A stretch of 64,000 bases of DNA from an uncultured Enterobacteriaceae bacterium (GCA_964655065.1 CAZZLC010000019.1:1-64000), one strand, 5' to 3'; counted from the first letter of the stretch, positions 1-9,451 are shown. Notes: generated by a model not told the origin, from the letters alone. Made by a program: numbers and translations.

Positions 1-24
1 AAGCTCTCGTCGGTGGGTGCTTGC

Positions 25-762
25 TCAACCTGCTGGAGGGAGAGCCCCACGTCCTGGGACCAGCTTTCGGAAGAGCACCAGGTGCCCCAACAGAGCGCCG
101 GCCACGCAGATGGACACGATCCAGGCGTAGGGAGCGTGGAAGGGCAGCCACACCGGCGGGTCCTCCAGGTACTGCCGCATCGGGGTGGGAGCGGAGGTCG
201 CCGCGATGCGCACCACGTTCACGAGCAAGGCGAGCCCGACGAGATTGAACCCCCAGGCCACCGCGCGGGGGACCGGCCTCACGAGGGCGAACCCACCGAT
301 GACGATCGCGAGCAGGCCGGTGACCACATCGAGGTTCTCCCCCTCCCAGGTCATCTGCACGGGCAGGGTGCCGCCCTCCATCCAGGCGTGGAGCACGAGC
401 TCGAGAGGAAACCGAAAGGCGTGGAAGCCCACCAGCACGCCGAGCGGCAGGGCGGCGAGACGAGCGCCGGCGGGGGAGGCCGCCGTGACGGTGGCGACCA
501 CGAACGACGTGGCAGGGAGGGCCATCACGGCGAGCGGCGCGGCTTCGAGCAGCCCAGAGGCAGGGATGGCGGCGGTGAGCCCGAGCCAGGACAGCATGGC
601 CAAGGCACCGAGCCCCCACCATCGACGGGCCACCTTCGGGTCGGACTCCGACCACGCGATCCCCGCGACGATGGCGGACGCCACCGCCAGCACGACCGCC
701 ACGAACGCGGCGGTGCTCGGAACGGACGGGACCACGAATGGCGCAACGTCGGCTGGTGTCAC
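25..762 (-). CDS. hypothetical integral membrane protein
   Basis: Minus-strand ORF 25..996. The C-terminal ~245 aa have protein-like, Trp-rich composition with several hydrophobic helices, whereas the N-terminal ~80 aa are Arg/Pro-rich junk. A GTG at 762 sits 36 nt downstream of the acyl-CoA dehydrogenase stop. Start is uncertain. Confidence 0.45.
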   Translation of the reverse strand: MTPADVAPFVVPSVPSTAAFVAVVLAVASAIVAGIAWSESDPKVARRWWGLGALAMLSWLGLTAAIPASGLLEAAPLAVMALPATSFVVATVTAASPAGARLAALPLGVLVGFHAFRFPLELVLHAWMEGGTLPVQMTWEGENLDVVTGLLAIVIGGFALVRPVPRAVAWGFNLVGLALLVNVVRIAATSAPTPMRQYLEDPPVWLPFHAPYAWIVSICVAGALLGHLVLFRKLVPGRGALPPAG

Positions 763-797
763 GTCGCGATTGTCGCACACGCGCTGCCGAGAGCGCG

Positions 798-2609
798 TCA
801 GAACCCGGCGTCGGGCATCGTGAGCGACGTGTCGTCCATCTGCTTCAGCAGGTTCGCCTGGCGCTCGATGCGGGTCAGCTCGTAGCGGGTGAAGAAGCGG
901 GCGGTGTGCAGCTTGCCACGCAAGAAATCGGCGCGCTCGGCGTTGGCCTGGGGCAAGCCCCTCACGGCAGCGGCCGCCTGCTCGAGCCACATCCACGCGA
1001 TCACCACGTGGCCGAGCAGGTGGAGGTACTCGGTCGCGTTGGCGAGGAAGCCGCGGATCCGGCCCTGCATCGCCGCCATACCGAGGGTCGTCGTGGTGTC
1101 CGCGACGAGGTTCGTGGCCTTCTCGAGCGCCTCGCAGAGTTCCTCGAGCTCCTGGGGGCCGCGATGCCGGGCCACCGCACCCTGGATCGCTCCGAGCAGC
1201 GTTCGAAACGCCCGTCCCCCGTGCATCGTCACCTTGCGGCCCAGCAGGTCGAGCCCCTGGATCCCGTTCGTGCCCTCGTGGATGGGGTTCAGCCGGTTGT
1301 CTCTGTAGTACCTCTCGATCGGCCAGTCGCGGGTGTAGCCGGCCCCTCCGAGGATCTGGATGGCCAGGTCGTTCGCCTTGGGCCCGTGCTCGGATGGCCA
1401 GGCCTTGGCGATGGGCGTGAGCACCTGCAGCAGGTCGTCGAGCCGCTCACGCTCGTCGGGAGCGGCGGTGGCCAGGTCGTCGATGAGACGCGCGCAGTAC
1501 AGCCCGAGCCCGAGTCCTCCCTCCACGTAGGCCTTCTGGGTGAGGAGCATGCGTCGCACGTCCGCGTGCTCGACGATGGCGACCGGCGGAGCGCTCGGAT
1601 CGCGCTGGTCGGGGTGGCGACCCTGACGCCGGTCCCGCGCATAGGCGAGCGACACCCGGTAGCCCGCGTACCCGATCATCGTCGCCCCGAGGCCCACGCC
1701 GGTGCGGGCCTCGTTCATCATGTGGAACATGCAGCGAAGGCCTTGGTTCGGCTCGCCGACAATCGTGGCCACGGCCGGCTGGTCGGCGCCGAACGACAGC
1801 GCGGTGTTGACGGTGCCTCGGTAGCCCATCTTGTGATTCAGGCCGGTCAGGGTGACCCCGTTGCGCGCGCCCACTCGCCCGTCGTCGCCGACGTGATCGC
1901 GGGGAACCGCGAACAGGCTGATTCCCCGGACGCCCGGTGGAGCGTCGACGATGCGTGCCAGCACGAGGTGCACGATGGTCTCGGACAGCTCGTGCTCACC
2001 ACCCGAGATCCACATCTTGTCTCCCTCGATGTGGTAGGTGCCGTCTGGCTGCGGGATGGCCCGGGTGCGGAGATCCGCCAGCGACGAGCCTGCCTCGGGC
2101 TCCGACAGCACCATGGTGCCGAAGAATCGTCCCTCGAGCATGGGGCCGAGGTAGCGCGCCCTCTGGTCGTCGGAGCCGAAGGTACGCAGCAGGTTGGCGG
2201 CGGCCGAGGTCAGGAACGGGTAGGCGACGGCACTGGGGTTCGCCGCGAAGAACGCACAGGCCATCGCCTGGGCGACGACGTAGGGCAGACCGAGCCCGCC
2301 CAGCTCCACCGGGAACGGACCCCCGAGGTACCCCGCCTCGATGTAGGTCGAGACGGCGTCGCCGAGCGAGTCGGGGAGCTTCACGCGGCCACCGTCCAGG
2401 AGCTGGGGCTCCTCGGCGTCGTGCTCGGCCGCGATCGGAGCGAAGACCTCGGCGGCGAGCTGGATGGCGGAGTCGAGGAGCGCGTCGAAGTCGTCCCGAT
2501 CGTGCTCGGTGAACGGCGGACGCTCGCACAGGGTGTCGACGCCGAGCACGTCGTAGAGCACGAACGACAGGTCCCGTCCGAGGTGCTCGAACACAGGGGC
2601 GTGATTCAC
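798..2609 (-). CDS. acyl-CoA dehydrogenase, large (~600 aa) family
   Basis: Strong family similarity, including the 'MWISGGEH' catalytic-region motif and a long C-terminal helical domain. Probable GTG start at 2609 overlaps the upstream stop (GTGA). The remaining N-terminal part of the ORF, up to 3110, is Arg/Pro-rich junk. Confidence 0.85.
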   Translation of the reverse strand: MNHAPVFEHLGRDLSFVLYDVLGVDTLCERPPFTEHDRDDFDALLDSAIQLAAEVFAPIAAEHDAEEPQLLDGGRVKLPDSLGDAVSTYIEAGYLGGPFPVELGGLGLPYVVAQAMACAFFAANPSAVAYPFLTSAAANLLRTFGSDDQRARYLGPMLEGRFFGTMVLSEPEAGSSLADLRTRAIPQPDGTYHIEGDKMWISGGEHELSETIVHLVLARIVDAPPGVRGISLFAVPRDHVGDDGRVGARNGVTLTGLNHKMGYRGTVNTALSFGADQPAVATIVGEPNQGLRCMFHMMNEARTGVGLGATMIGYAGYRVSLAYARDRRQGRHPDQRDPSAPPVAIVEHADVRRMLLTQKAYVEGGLGLGLYCARLIDDLATAAPDERERLDDLLQVLTPIAKAWPSEHGPKANDLAIQILGGAGYTRDWPIERYYRDNRLNPIHEGTNGIQGLDLLGRKVTMHGGRAFRTLLGAIQGAVARHRGPQELEELCEALEKATNLVADTTTTLGMAAMQGRIRGFLANATEYLHLLGHVVIAWMWLEQAAAAVRGLPQANAERADFLRGKLHTARFFTRYELTRIERQANLLKQMDDTSLTMPDAGF

Positions 2610-3664
2610 GTCAGGTTCTCCTTCGTTTCGAGGCGGTAGAAGCGCTGGGCATTGCCGGCAAACAAGGCCTTGCGTTCTGCCTCGGTGCGGTCGGCGGTGA
2701 TGCGATCGAACGCACCGTACAGCGTCGCCAGCGAGGTGGAGACCTTGTCCATCGGAAAGTTGGACGCGAAGGAGCACCGGTCGGGGCCGAAGAGGCCGAG
2801 GGCGAAGCGTACGTGCGGACCGAGGAGCTCGGCCAGCGCATCGGCGTCGATGGGCTCGCGCGTGTGCAGTCCGAAGCCCAGGATCGGCATCAGGAGCCCG
2901 GAGAGCTTCAGGTGCACGTGGGGCAGCTCGGCGAGGGCGGCCAGATCGTCGCGCCAGCGCGCCTCGATGTCGGCGCGCTCGCGGTCGGGCAGGCCTCCGA
3001 ACGGCCCACCGAGGCCGATCGGGGTCCCGACGTGGTCCAGGATGACCCGGGTGTCGGGGTAGGCCGCGGCGACCTTGCGGAACGCCGCGAGCTGGTGGCT
3101 GTACATCCACGCGTCGAACGTCAGGTCTCGTTCACCGAGTCTCGCGTAGCCCCGGTGCCAGGCCGGGTTCGACAGCAGCTCGGGGTCCGGGGTCCAGTCG
3201 TGGATCCCGCGGTGAGGGCTACACGACAGCTTGTGGCGGACCCCGCGAAAGCGGGGGCTCGCAGCCAGGTGAGCGTCGAGCAGGGCGTCGAGGTGCGGAT
3301 ACGCCAGATCAGCGGCCCCGACGATGCCCAGGAGGAGCCCGTGGTCCTCGAGCCCCTCGAGCCAGCGGGTCTCTGCCGCGACGGCGAGCGCATCGCGGGC
3401 CTGCCAGCTCGCCTCGACGTGCACCACCCCGCGGATGTCGAGGTCGGCGACGTCCTGACGGTAGTGGGGGGGCAGGTAGTCGGCCGCGACATGGTCGACC
3501 TTGCCGACGAAGTCGAGGGCCGCCTTGGGGAACAGGACACTGGCGGCTCCCCGGGCGACCCGCCGCGACCAGGCGTAAAGCGTCGCCAGCGGGCTCGCAG
3601 CGCGCGGCGTGCTCCGCGGGGCCCACAGGTGGACGTGCGGGTCGATGATGGGCGGCATAGCCAT
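2606..3664 (-). CDS. amidohydrolase-2 family metal-dependent hydrolase (TIM barrel)
   Basis: N-terminal 'IDPHVHLW' metal-binding motif and 'ILDHVGTP' are typical of PF04909 amidohydrolases. ATG start at 3664; stop overlaps the acyl-CoA dehydrogenase start. Confidence 0.8.
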   Translation of the reverse strand: MAMPPIIDPHVHLWAPRSTPRAASPLATLYAWSRRVARGAASVLFPKAALDFVGKVDHVAADYLPPHYRQDVADLDIRGVVHVEASWQARDALAVAAETRWLEGLEDHGLLLGIVGAADLAYPHLDALLDAHLAASPRFRGVRHKLSCSPHRGIHDWTPDPELLSNPAWHRGYARLGERDLTFDAWMYSHQLAAFRKVAAAYPDTRVILDHVGTPIGLGGPFGGLPDRERADIEARWRDDLAALAELPHVHLKLSGLLMPILGFGLHTREPIDADALAELLGPHVRFALGLFGPDRCSFASNFPMDKVSTSLATLYGAFDRITADRTEAERKALFAGNAQRFYRLETKENLT

Positions 3665-3858
3665 CTCGGGCCTCCAGAGTCGAGCGTCCAGCTTACCGGA
3701 GGTGGCCGAGGCCTCGCGCCACCCGCTGGGCTGACAGCGATGTCGCGGTTCCCCGATGTCGAGCTGGGGCGCAGCTCGTGAGGATCGGGTTCGGCAGCGC
3801 TGGAACGGTCCTTGCTTGGCCGAGCATGACCACGAAACGGACAGGGAGGACGTGCGAC

Positions 3859-5496
3859 ATGATGTGGACCCTTCTCACGGCGCTCGGGACCGACGCCTTC
3901 GCGTGCGGCGGATTGTTCTGCAACGTCGCCCAGCCGGTGGTGCAGAACGCCGAGCGCATCGTCTTCGACGTCGATCGGGACGAAGGACTCGTCGAGGCGC
4001 ACGTCCAGATCAGCTACGAGGGCCCCTCCGAGGAGTTCGCGTGGGTGGTTCCCGTCGCCACGGAGCCCGATCTGTTCCTCTCGAGCCAGGCCCTGTTCGA
4101 CACACTCGCGGTGCAGACCGCCCCGCAGTTCCGGCTCGACGTGATCGAAGAGGGCGACTGCCGCTCTGGCAACGGAGGCTTCATCGGCGTGCGCGGAGGC
4201 TCCGAGGACTTCTTGGCGCCCGAGTCCCCGCAGGCCGACAGCGGCGGGGTGGTGGTCGTCGCCCAGGCCAAGGTGGGCCCTTACGAGACGCTCACCCTGC
4301 AGGCGAACTCCTCGACCGAGCTCCTCGAGTTCCTCCAGCGCAACGCCTACGACCTGCCCGACGACCTCGACCCCGTCCTGCGGCCCTACGTGGCCGACGG
4401 CGCCTACTTCGTCGCCCTCCGTCTCTCGAAGAACAACGACGCAGGCGACATCGCCCCCCTCGGGATGAGGTACGCGGGCGAGAAGGCGAGCATCCCGATC
4501 CAGCTCACCTCCATCGCAGCGGCCGACGACCTGCGCCTCGAGGTCTACGTCTTCTCGGACGTCCGCGCCGTGCCCGAGACCTACCTGCACGTCCAGATCA
4601 ACGACGCGGCGATCGACTGGTGGAACGCAGGGCAGAACTACCCCGACGTCATCACGCAGGCCGCCGACGAGGCTGGCGGCCGCGCGTTCGCGACCGACTA
4701 CTTCGGTGACGCGCCGGGTGGCTACACCATCGACCCAGGGCTCGAGGGGCGCCTGCGCGCGGCGGAGACGGGCTCGCAGTGGGTGAACATCGCGCTGTTC
4801 GAGACTGGCGTGGCCATCAACGAAGAGATGGCGGGAGTCATCGCCGAGGCGGTCGGGCTGCCGGCGAGCATCGACCCGATCGACTTTGCGAACTGCCCCG
4901 ATTGCTTCGGGGACTGGAGTCAGGGCCCCGAGCTCGACACTGCGGCCGCGACCGACCTGTATGCCGAGTTCGTCATCGAGCCGCTGGTCGAGGCGGAGGA
5001 TCTGTTCGATCGTCGCCGGCTCACCCGGATGACCTCGTCGCTGTCGGCCAACGAGATGACGGAGGACCCCGTCTTCGCGCTCAACCACGACATGGACGAC
5101 GAGGAGGACTTCGTCTCCAACGTCCGCACGGCCGAGCTCGTGTACGACTGCGAGGGCGGAAAGCTCCGGAACCGGGCCGAGCGTCGGCTCATCCTCTCGG
5201 ATGGTCGCGCGATCTACCTGCCGAGCGAGAAGTGGATCGTGGACAACCAGACCTCCGAGTTCGAGCTCATCTCCGAGCTCGGGGCCACCAAGGCCAAGAT
5301 CATCGAGCGCACCGGCGAGTCGGGGGAACCCGAGATCATCCGCGACTTCACGAACCGCCTGTTCGACCTCGTCGATCAGCACAACGCGAACCTGCTCGCG
5401 AGCTGTGCGGGTTGTCGCGTGGGGACCGGCGCGCCGGGGCTGGGCGTGCTCGGGTTGCTGCTCGCGGTGGTGGGGCTGCGTCGCCGGGGTCGTTAA
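3859..5496 (+). CDS. secreted DUF2330-like protein with MYXO-CTERM-like C-terminal sorting tail
   Basis: ATG at 3859 is preceded by a GGGAGGA RBS. Signal peptide 'MMWTLLTALGTDAFA' is followed by a CGGLFC motif. The composition is non-biased and Asp/Glu-rich. The C-terminus 'SCAGCRVGTGAPGLGVLGLLLAVVGLRRRGR' combines a Cys pair, a Gly-rich stretch, a TM segment and an Arg cluster. Confidence 0.75.
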   Translation: MMWTLLTALGTDAFACGGLFCNVAQPVVQNAERIVFDVDRDEGLVEAHVQISYEGPSEEFAWVVPVATEPDLFLSSQALFDTLAVQTAPQFRLDVIEEGDCRSGNGGFIGVRGGSEDFLAPESPQADSGGVVVVAQAKVGPYETLTLQANSSTELLEFLQRNAYDLPDDLDPVLRPYVADGAYFVALRLSKNNDAGDIAPLGMRYAGEKASIPIQLTSIAAADDLRLEVYVFSDVRAVPETYLHVQINDAAIDWWNAGQNYPDVITQAADEAGGRAFATDYFGDAPGGYTIDPGLEGRLRAAETGSQWVNIALFETGVAINEEMAGVIAEAVGLPASIDPIDFANCPDCFGDWSQGPELDTAAATDLYAEFVIEPLVEAEDLFDRRRLTRMTSSLSANEMTEDPVFALNHDMDDEEDFVSNVRTAELVYDCEGGKLRNRAERRLILSDGRAIYLPSEKWIVDNQTSEFELISELGATKAKIIERTGESGEPEIIRDFTNRLFDLVDQHNANLLASCAGCRVGTGAPGLGVLGLLLAVVGLRRRGR

Positions 5497-5505
5497 CCCA
5501 CCGGG

Positions 5506-6510
5506 GTGACGCCCTCGCCGCCGGTTCGGGAGCGGTGGCTGTCGGTCGCGCCCATGATGGACGTCACGGACCGCCACTTCCGCTTCTTCGTACGCCAGCT
5601 GACCCGCCACACCCTCCTCTACACGGAGATGGTGGTGGCGCAGGCCTTGGTGCACGGAGACCGCGCTCGGTTCCTCGCCTACGACCCGTGCGAGCACCCT
5701 CTCGCGCTGCAGCTCGGCGGTGACGACCCCGCGATGCTCGCGGACTGCGCGGTCATGGCCGAGGACCATGGCTTCGACGAGGTCAACCTCAACGTGGGGT
5801 GTCCGAGCTCTCGGGTCCAGGCCGGGCGGTTCGGAGTGGTGCTGATGCGCGATCCTGACCGCGTAGCCCAGGTCGTGGCTGCGATGAAGTCCCGGGTGTC
5901 GGTGCCCGTGACCGTCAAGCACCGCATCGGGCTCGACGAGCTCGACCGCTACGAGGACATGAGGGGGTTCGTCGACCGCGTGGCCGAGGCGGGGGCCGAC
6001 CGCTTCACGGTGCACGCGCGCAAGGCGTGGACCCAGGGGCTGTCCCCCAAGCAGAACCGGAACGTGCCTCCGCTGCGCTACGACGACATCTACCGGCTCA
6101 AGGCAGAGCGGCCCGACCTCGTCATCGAGATCAACGGCGGCATCCTGGCCCCGGCGGATGCCAAGGCCCACCTCACCCGGGTCGATGCCGTGATGATCGG
6201 ACGCGGCGCCCGCGACGACCCCTATCGGTTCGCTACCGCCGACCAGGAGCTCTTCGGGTCCCCGAGACCCGTGGTGTCGAGGGAGGCGGTCGCCCGGGCC
6301 ATGCAGGACTACCTGGACCGGACGCTCGCGGCGGACCCACACTGCAAGCCGCACCACGTCACCCGACACCTGGCCCCGCTCTACGCGGGGCAGCCCGGAG
6401 CCAAGCTCTGGCGGCGGACGCTCGCCGAGAGCACCCAGTCGGGTCCCCGGGCCATCGCGGAAGCACTGGCGGCCCGTCGCGACCGGGTCAGCTCCCTGAC
6501 GACCCCTTGA
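5506..6510 (+). CDS. dusA: tRNA-dihydrouridine synthase A
   Basis: Near-collinear with E. coli DusA. Shared stretches include 'SVAPMMDVTDRHFR', 'LLYTEMV', 'LQLGG.DPA', 'NLNVGCPS' and 'HARKAWTQGLSPKQNR'. GTG start at 5506. Confidence 0.9.
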   Translation: MTPSPPVRERWLSVAPMMDVTDRHFRFFVRQLTRHTLLYTEMVVAQALVHGDRARFLAYDPCEHPLALQLGGDDPAMLADCAVMAEDHGFDEVNLNVGCPSSRVQAGRFGVVLMRDPDRVAQVVAAMKSRVSVPVTVKHRIGLDELDRYEDMRGFVDRVAEAGADRFTVHARKAWTQGLSPKQNRNVPPLRYDDIYRLKAERPDLVIEINGGILAPADAKAHLTRVDAVMIGRGARDDPYRFATADQELFGSPRPVVSREAVARAMQDYLDRTLAADPHCKPHHVTRHLAPLYAGQPGAKLWRRTLAESTQSGPRAIAEALAARRDRVSSLTTP

Positions 6511-6847
6511 ACCGATCGTCTTCGTCGCGGAACAGGAAGTTGAAGGTGGTGAGCGAGCCGTAGCTGCGGGTGACGTAGACCTGCAGCTCGGCCTTGTCGG
6601 CCGGGTCGAGCTTGTCGTGGTTGTTGATCTTCTGCTCGAGCACGCGCAGCTTCTCGCGGACCGCGGTGATCTTCCTGAACAGGGTGTGGACGTCGATCTC
6701 CTTGACGGTGCGCCCTTCGCGGTCTCGGAACACGACGTGTCCCGTCACGAGCCGGCGGGACAGCTCGATCTCCCCGCCCCCGGCCTCGTCGCGGAGCGCC
6801 TGCTGCACCGCCTCCACCACCATCTCGAACATGTCGCTCGACTCCAC
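6488..6847 (-). CDS. hypothetical conserved small protein (114-119 aa)
   Basis: Non-biased, charged, protein-like composition. A likely ATG start at 6832 (MFEMVV...) has GGAG 9 nt upstream; a GTG at 6847 is the alternative. It lies 22 nt downstream of the mutH stop on the same strand. No family is recognised. Confidence 0.5.
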   Translation of the reverse strand: MESSDMFEMVVEAVQQALRDEAGGGEIELSRRLVTGHVVFRDREGRTVKEIDVHTLFRKITAVREKLRVLEQKINNHDKLDPADKAELQVYVTRSYGSLTTFNFLFRDEDDRFKGSSGS

Positions 6848-6869
6848 GACGCCTCCTCGATCACGGCGA

Positions 6870-7616
6870 TCACTTGGGTAACAGCAACGCTCGCGCCACC
6901 ACCGCGGCCGTGAACGAGGGGCGCAGGTAGAAGCCGCGAGGGTGATCGCGGACCCAAGCGGCCCGGTCGTCGAGCGCCCAGGTGCGCGCGCCCGCGTCGG
7001 CGGCCTTGGGGCGGACCTGCAGCGCCTTCCCGAGCTTGCCGTCGATGCGACTCAGATCCCCGAGAGCGACGAGCGCGTTGAACTCGCTCCAGTCGGCCTC
7101 GAGCTGCCGAGACTCCTCGGGGCTCGGCGTCCACAGGAACGCGGTCCCCACCCGTCGCTCCCCTGGCGCACCGTCGCCCACGATCGGTACCCAGAGCACG
7201 CGAGAAAGCTTGCGGCGTACCCAGCTGTCCGACCAGCTCCCGAGGTCGGCCGTGGAGAGCGGTGCCGTGCAGACGTAGGTCGACTGCCGGGGCCGGCCTC
7301 GGTCGTCGACGGGGATCGTCTTGAGCTCTACCCCGAGGTGGGGAAAGTCCGGCATGGCGCGAGAGGTGGCGGTGGCGCCCAGCGCGCGCTCGATCAGCAC
7401 CCCTGTCCACCCCTTGGCGCGGTGGAGCGTCGCGGGCACGGGCATGGCGTGGTTCCGCGCGATTGTGCCCAGCGGGTGCCCCGCGAGGGCCCGGGCGCGC
7501 GAGAGCAGCAACTCCTCGGACCGTGGCGGCGGCTGCTGCCCGACCGGGGCTTCGGAGTCCTTCACGACGTCCTCGAGTGATTCGTGTACGCTACGCGTCC
7601 ATCCGTTCACCGGCAA
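6870..7616 (-). CDS. mutH: DNA mismatch repair endonuclease MutH homolog
   Basis: Collinear with E. coli MutH over its whole length. Matching stretches include 'GVELKTIPVD', 'RVLWVPIVGDG..RRVG', 'LQVRPKAADAGARTWAL' and 'PRGFYLRPSFTAAVVA'. The ORF opens with TTG at 7616, but alignment suggests the real start is the GTG at 7565, giving about 231 aa. Confidence 0.8.
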   Translation of the reverse strand: MPVNGWTRSVHESLEDVVKDSEAPVGQQPPPRSEELLLSRARALAGHPLGTIARNHAMPVPATLHRAKGWTGVLIERALGATATSRAMPDFPHLGVELKTIPVDDRGRPRQSTYVCTAPLSTADLGSWSDSWVRRKLSRVLWVPIVGDGAPGERRVGTAFLWTPSPEESRQLEADWSEFNALVALGDLSRIDGKLGKALQVRPKAADAGARTWALDDRAAWVRDHPRGFYLRPSFTAAVVARALLLPK

Positions 7617-7630
7617 CCTTGGAGAGCCGC

Positions 7631-8119
7631 ATGTTGATGATGGCGATGGCGATGGCGACGGCAGAGGCGGCGGGCTTCGGGAGCTCCGTGGGCATCACCC
7701 CGCGAGGGGGCCCGGGTGTGTTCTGGCCGAGCTTCGACGTTCACGCCGATCCGATCGTGCTGCAGATCCACGCGCTCGAGTTCCTCGATTCCCTCACCGA
7801 CGATCAGGTCTACTTCGGCGCGAACCTGTACTTCGACGCCGGGAGGCGGGCGTTCGGCCGCAACGGCTTCGAGGGCGTCGTGCAGCCCGGGATCAGCCTC
7901 GACATCGCTGCGAATCCGGCGACGCTCGTGCTGCTCGGGGAGTGCCGCGTGGGCTTCGAGCACTCGACCGACGGTGGCGGCTTCGGCGTCTACGCCGTAC
8001 CCGCGCTCGGCGTCGGCGTCGGCGAGCCCGATCTCGTCCCCGGTGTCGACGACGACAGCCCGTTGGTGGTCGGCGGGGCGCTGCAGATCAGCGCCTGGCT
8101 GGGCAGCGCCCGCAACTGA
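7631..8119 (+). CDS. putative small outer-membrane beta-barrel protein
   Basis: ATG at 7631 has a GGAGAG RBS. A signal-like N-terminus 'MLMMAMAMATAEAA' is followed by alternating hydrophobic beta-strand patterns and a C-terminal '..LQISAW'. It is divergent from mutH. Confidence 0.4.
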   Translation: MLMMAMAMATAEAAGFGSSVGITPRGGPGVFWPSFDVHADPIVLQIHALEFLDSLTDDQVYFGANLYFDAGRRAFGRNGFEGVVQPGISLDIAANPATLVLLGECRVGFEHSTDGGGFGVYAVPALGVGVGEPDLVPGVDDDSPLVVGGALQISAWLGSARN

Positions 8120-8125
8120 TCCGGA

Positions 8126-9451
8126 TCAGAAGAGGGGCGGGGGCGGCGGGGGCTCGTCGCCCTCGAGCTCCTGCTTGATCTCCTCGACGTCGAGGGCGGG
8201 CTTCCACATCGCCCACCCCTTCTGCCACACGTGATGCTTGGCCTCGGGGGCCTGGCGGATGGCGGCCACGATCTCGCCCACCGACTTCTTGGACTGGCCA
8301 TCGGGGCCCGCGTAGTGGTAGACCGCCGCGCCGGGGGGCGGCGGCGGCACGGCGGGCAGCTGGGCCGCGATCTCGGGCACGTCGCTCGCGGGCTTCCAGG
8401 ACGGCCAGCCAGCCTGCCACACCACGTGCCGGGCGTCGGGCTCGGCGACCACGCGCCGAACGACCTCCTCGACGCCGTGGGGACCGCTCTGACCGCCGGG
8501 ACCCGCGTAGTGGAACTGCGACAGGCTGGGCGCGGGCGGAGGCGTTGCGGGGGCCGCCGCTGGAGCCGCCGGAGCAGTGCCGGCCTGGGCCATCGTCTGG
8601 CCGATCTGGTTGCCGAGCCCGAAGCCGACTCCCATGCTGGCGCCGACCCCGCCCACTCCGGGGTTCGCGGCCGCGGTCTCGATCGCGTCGGCGGCCTTCA
8701 TCTGGGTGTAGGTGCCCATGTCGCCGAGAACGCCCATCTTGGTCCGGCTGTCGAGGGCCTTCTCGACCTCGGCGGGGAGCGTGATGCTCTGGATGGTGAA
8801 GTCGGTGAGCGTGATGCCGTAGGACTCCACGAACCCCGGGTTCATGGTGTCACGCAGCTGGTCACCGAGGTTCTGGTAGTTGCTGGCGAGATCGAGGACC
8901 GCGAGCTGCGACTGGCCGACGACCTGAGCGAGCGAGCCCTGCAGCTTGCGCTTGAGCTGCCCGTTGATCTCGTCGGTGGTGAAGAGGCCGTCCGTGCCGA
9001 CGACCTGACGGAGGAAGGTCGCAGGGTTGGTGATGCGGTAGCTGAAGATGCCGTGGGCTCGCAGTCGGACGGGGCCGAACTCCGCGTCGCGCATCATGAG
9101 CGGGCTGCTCGTGCCCCAGCCGTTGTCCATGAACTGGCGGGTGTTCATGAAGTAGATGTCGCCCTTGTAGGGCTCCTCGAGCTTGTAGACGATCGACTGG
9201 AAGAAGCGCATGATCGGCGCGTTGTTCGTGTCGAGCGTGTGGGTGCCTGGCTCGAACACCTCGGACAGCTGGCCTTCGGCCACGAAGACGCAGACCTGGC
9301 CCTCGCGGACCACGACCTTGCTCTTGTCGGTGATCGCCTGGTTGAAGGTGGGGTAGCGATACACCAGCGTGTCCCTGGTGTCGTCGGTCCAGTCGATCAC
9401 TTCGAGCAGCTGCGCGCCCGCGTGCTGCCGCAACCTGTCCCAGAGGCCCAT
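8126..9451 (-). CDS. SPFH/band-7 domain protein with two C-terminal DUF4339-like repeats
   Basis: N-terminal 'MGLWDRLR..EVIDWTDDTRDTLVYRYP' is typical of the YdjI-like SPFH family. A Pro-rich linker follows, then two ~45-aa tandem repeats ('YHYAGP.GQS...HVWQ.GW..WKPA.DV.EI'). ATG start at 9451. Confidence 0.8.
   Translation of the reverse strand: MGLWDRLRQHAGAQLLEVIDWTDDTRDTLVYRYPTFNQAITDKSKVVVREGQVCVFVAEGQLSEVFEPGTHTLDTNNAPIMRFFQSIVYKLEEPYKGDIYFMNTRQFMDNGWGTSSPLMMRDAEFGPVRLRAHGIFSYRITNPATFLRQVVGTDGLFTTDEINGQLKRKLQGSLAQVVGQSQLAVLDLASNYQNLGDQLRDTMNPGFVESYGITLTDFTIQSITLPAEVEKALDSRTKMGVLGDMGTYTQMKAADAIETAAANPGVGGVGASMGVGFGLGNQIGQTMAQAGTAPAAPAAAPATPPPAPSLSQFHYAGPGGQSGPHGVEEVVRRVVAEPDARHVVWQAGWPSWKPASDVPEIAAQLPAVPPPPPGAAVYHYAGPDGQSKKSVGEIVAAIRQAPEAKHHVWQKGWAMWKPALDVEEIKQELEGDEPPPPPPLF

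Noticed and set aside
738-2639. 633-aa plus-strand ORF antisense to the acyl-CoA dehydrogenase
   Set aside because: No motifs and biased composition. The opposite strand has clear acyl-CoA dehydrogenase homology.
3121-6369. 1082-aa minus-strand ORF spanning the DUF2330-like and dusA genes
   Set aside because: Antisense to two well-supported plus-strand genes. Arg/Pro/Gly-rich with no family signal.
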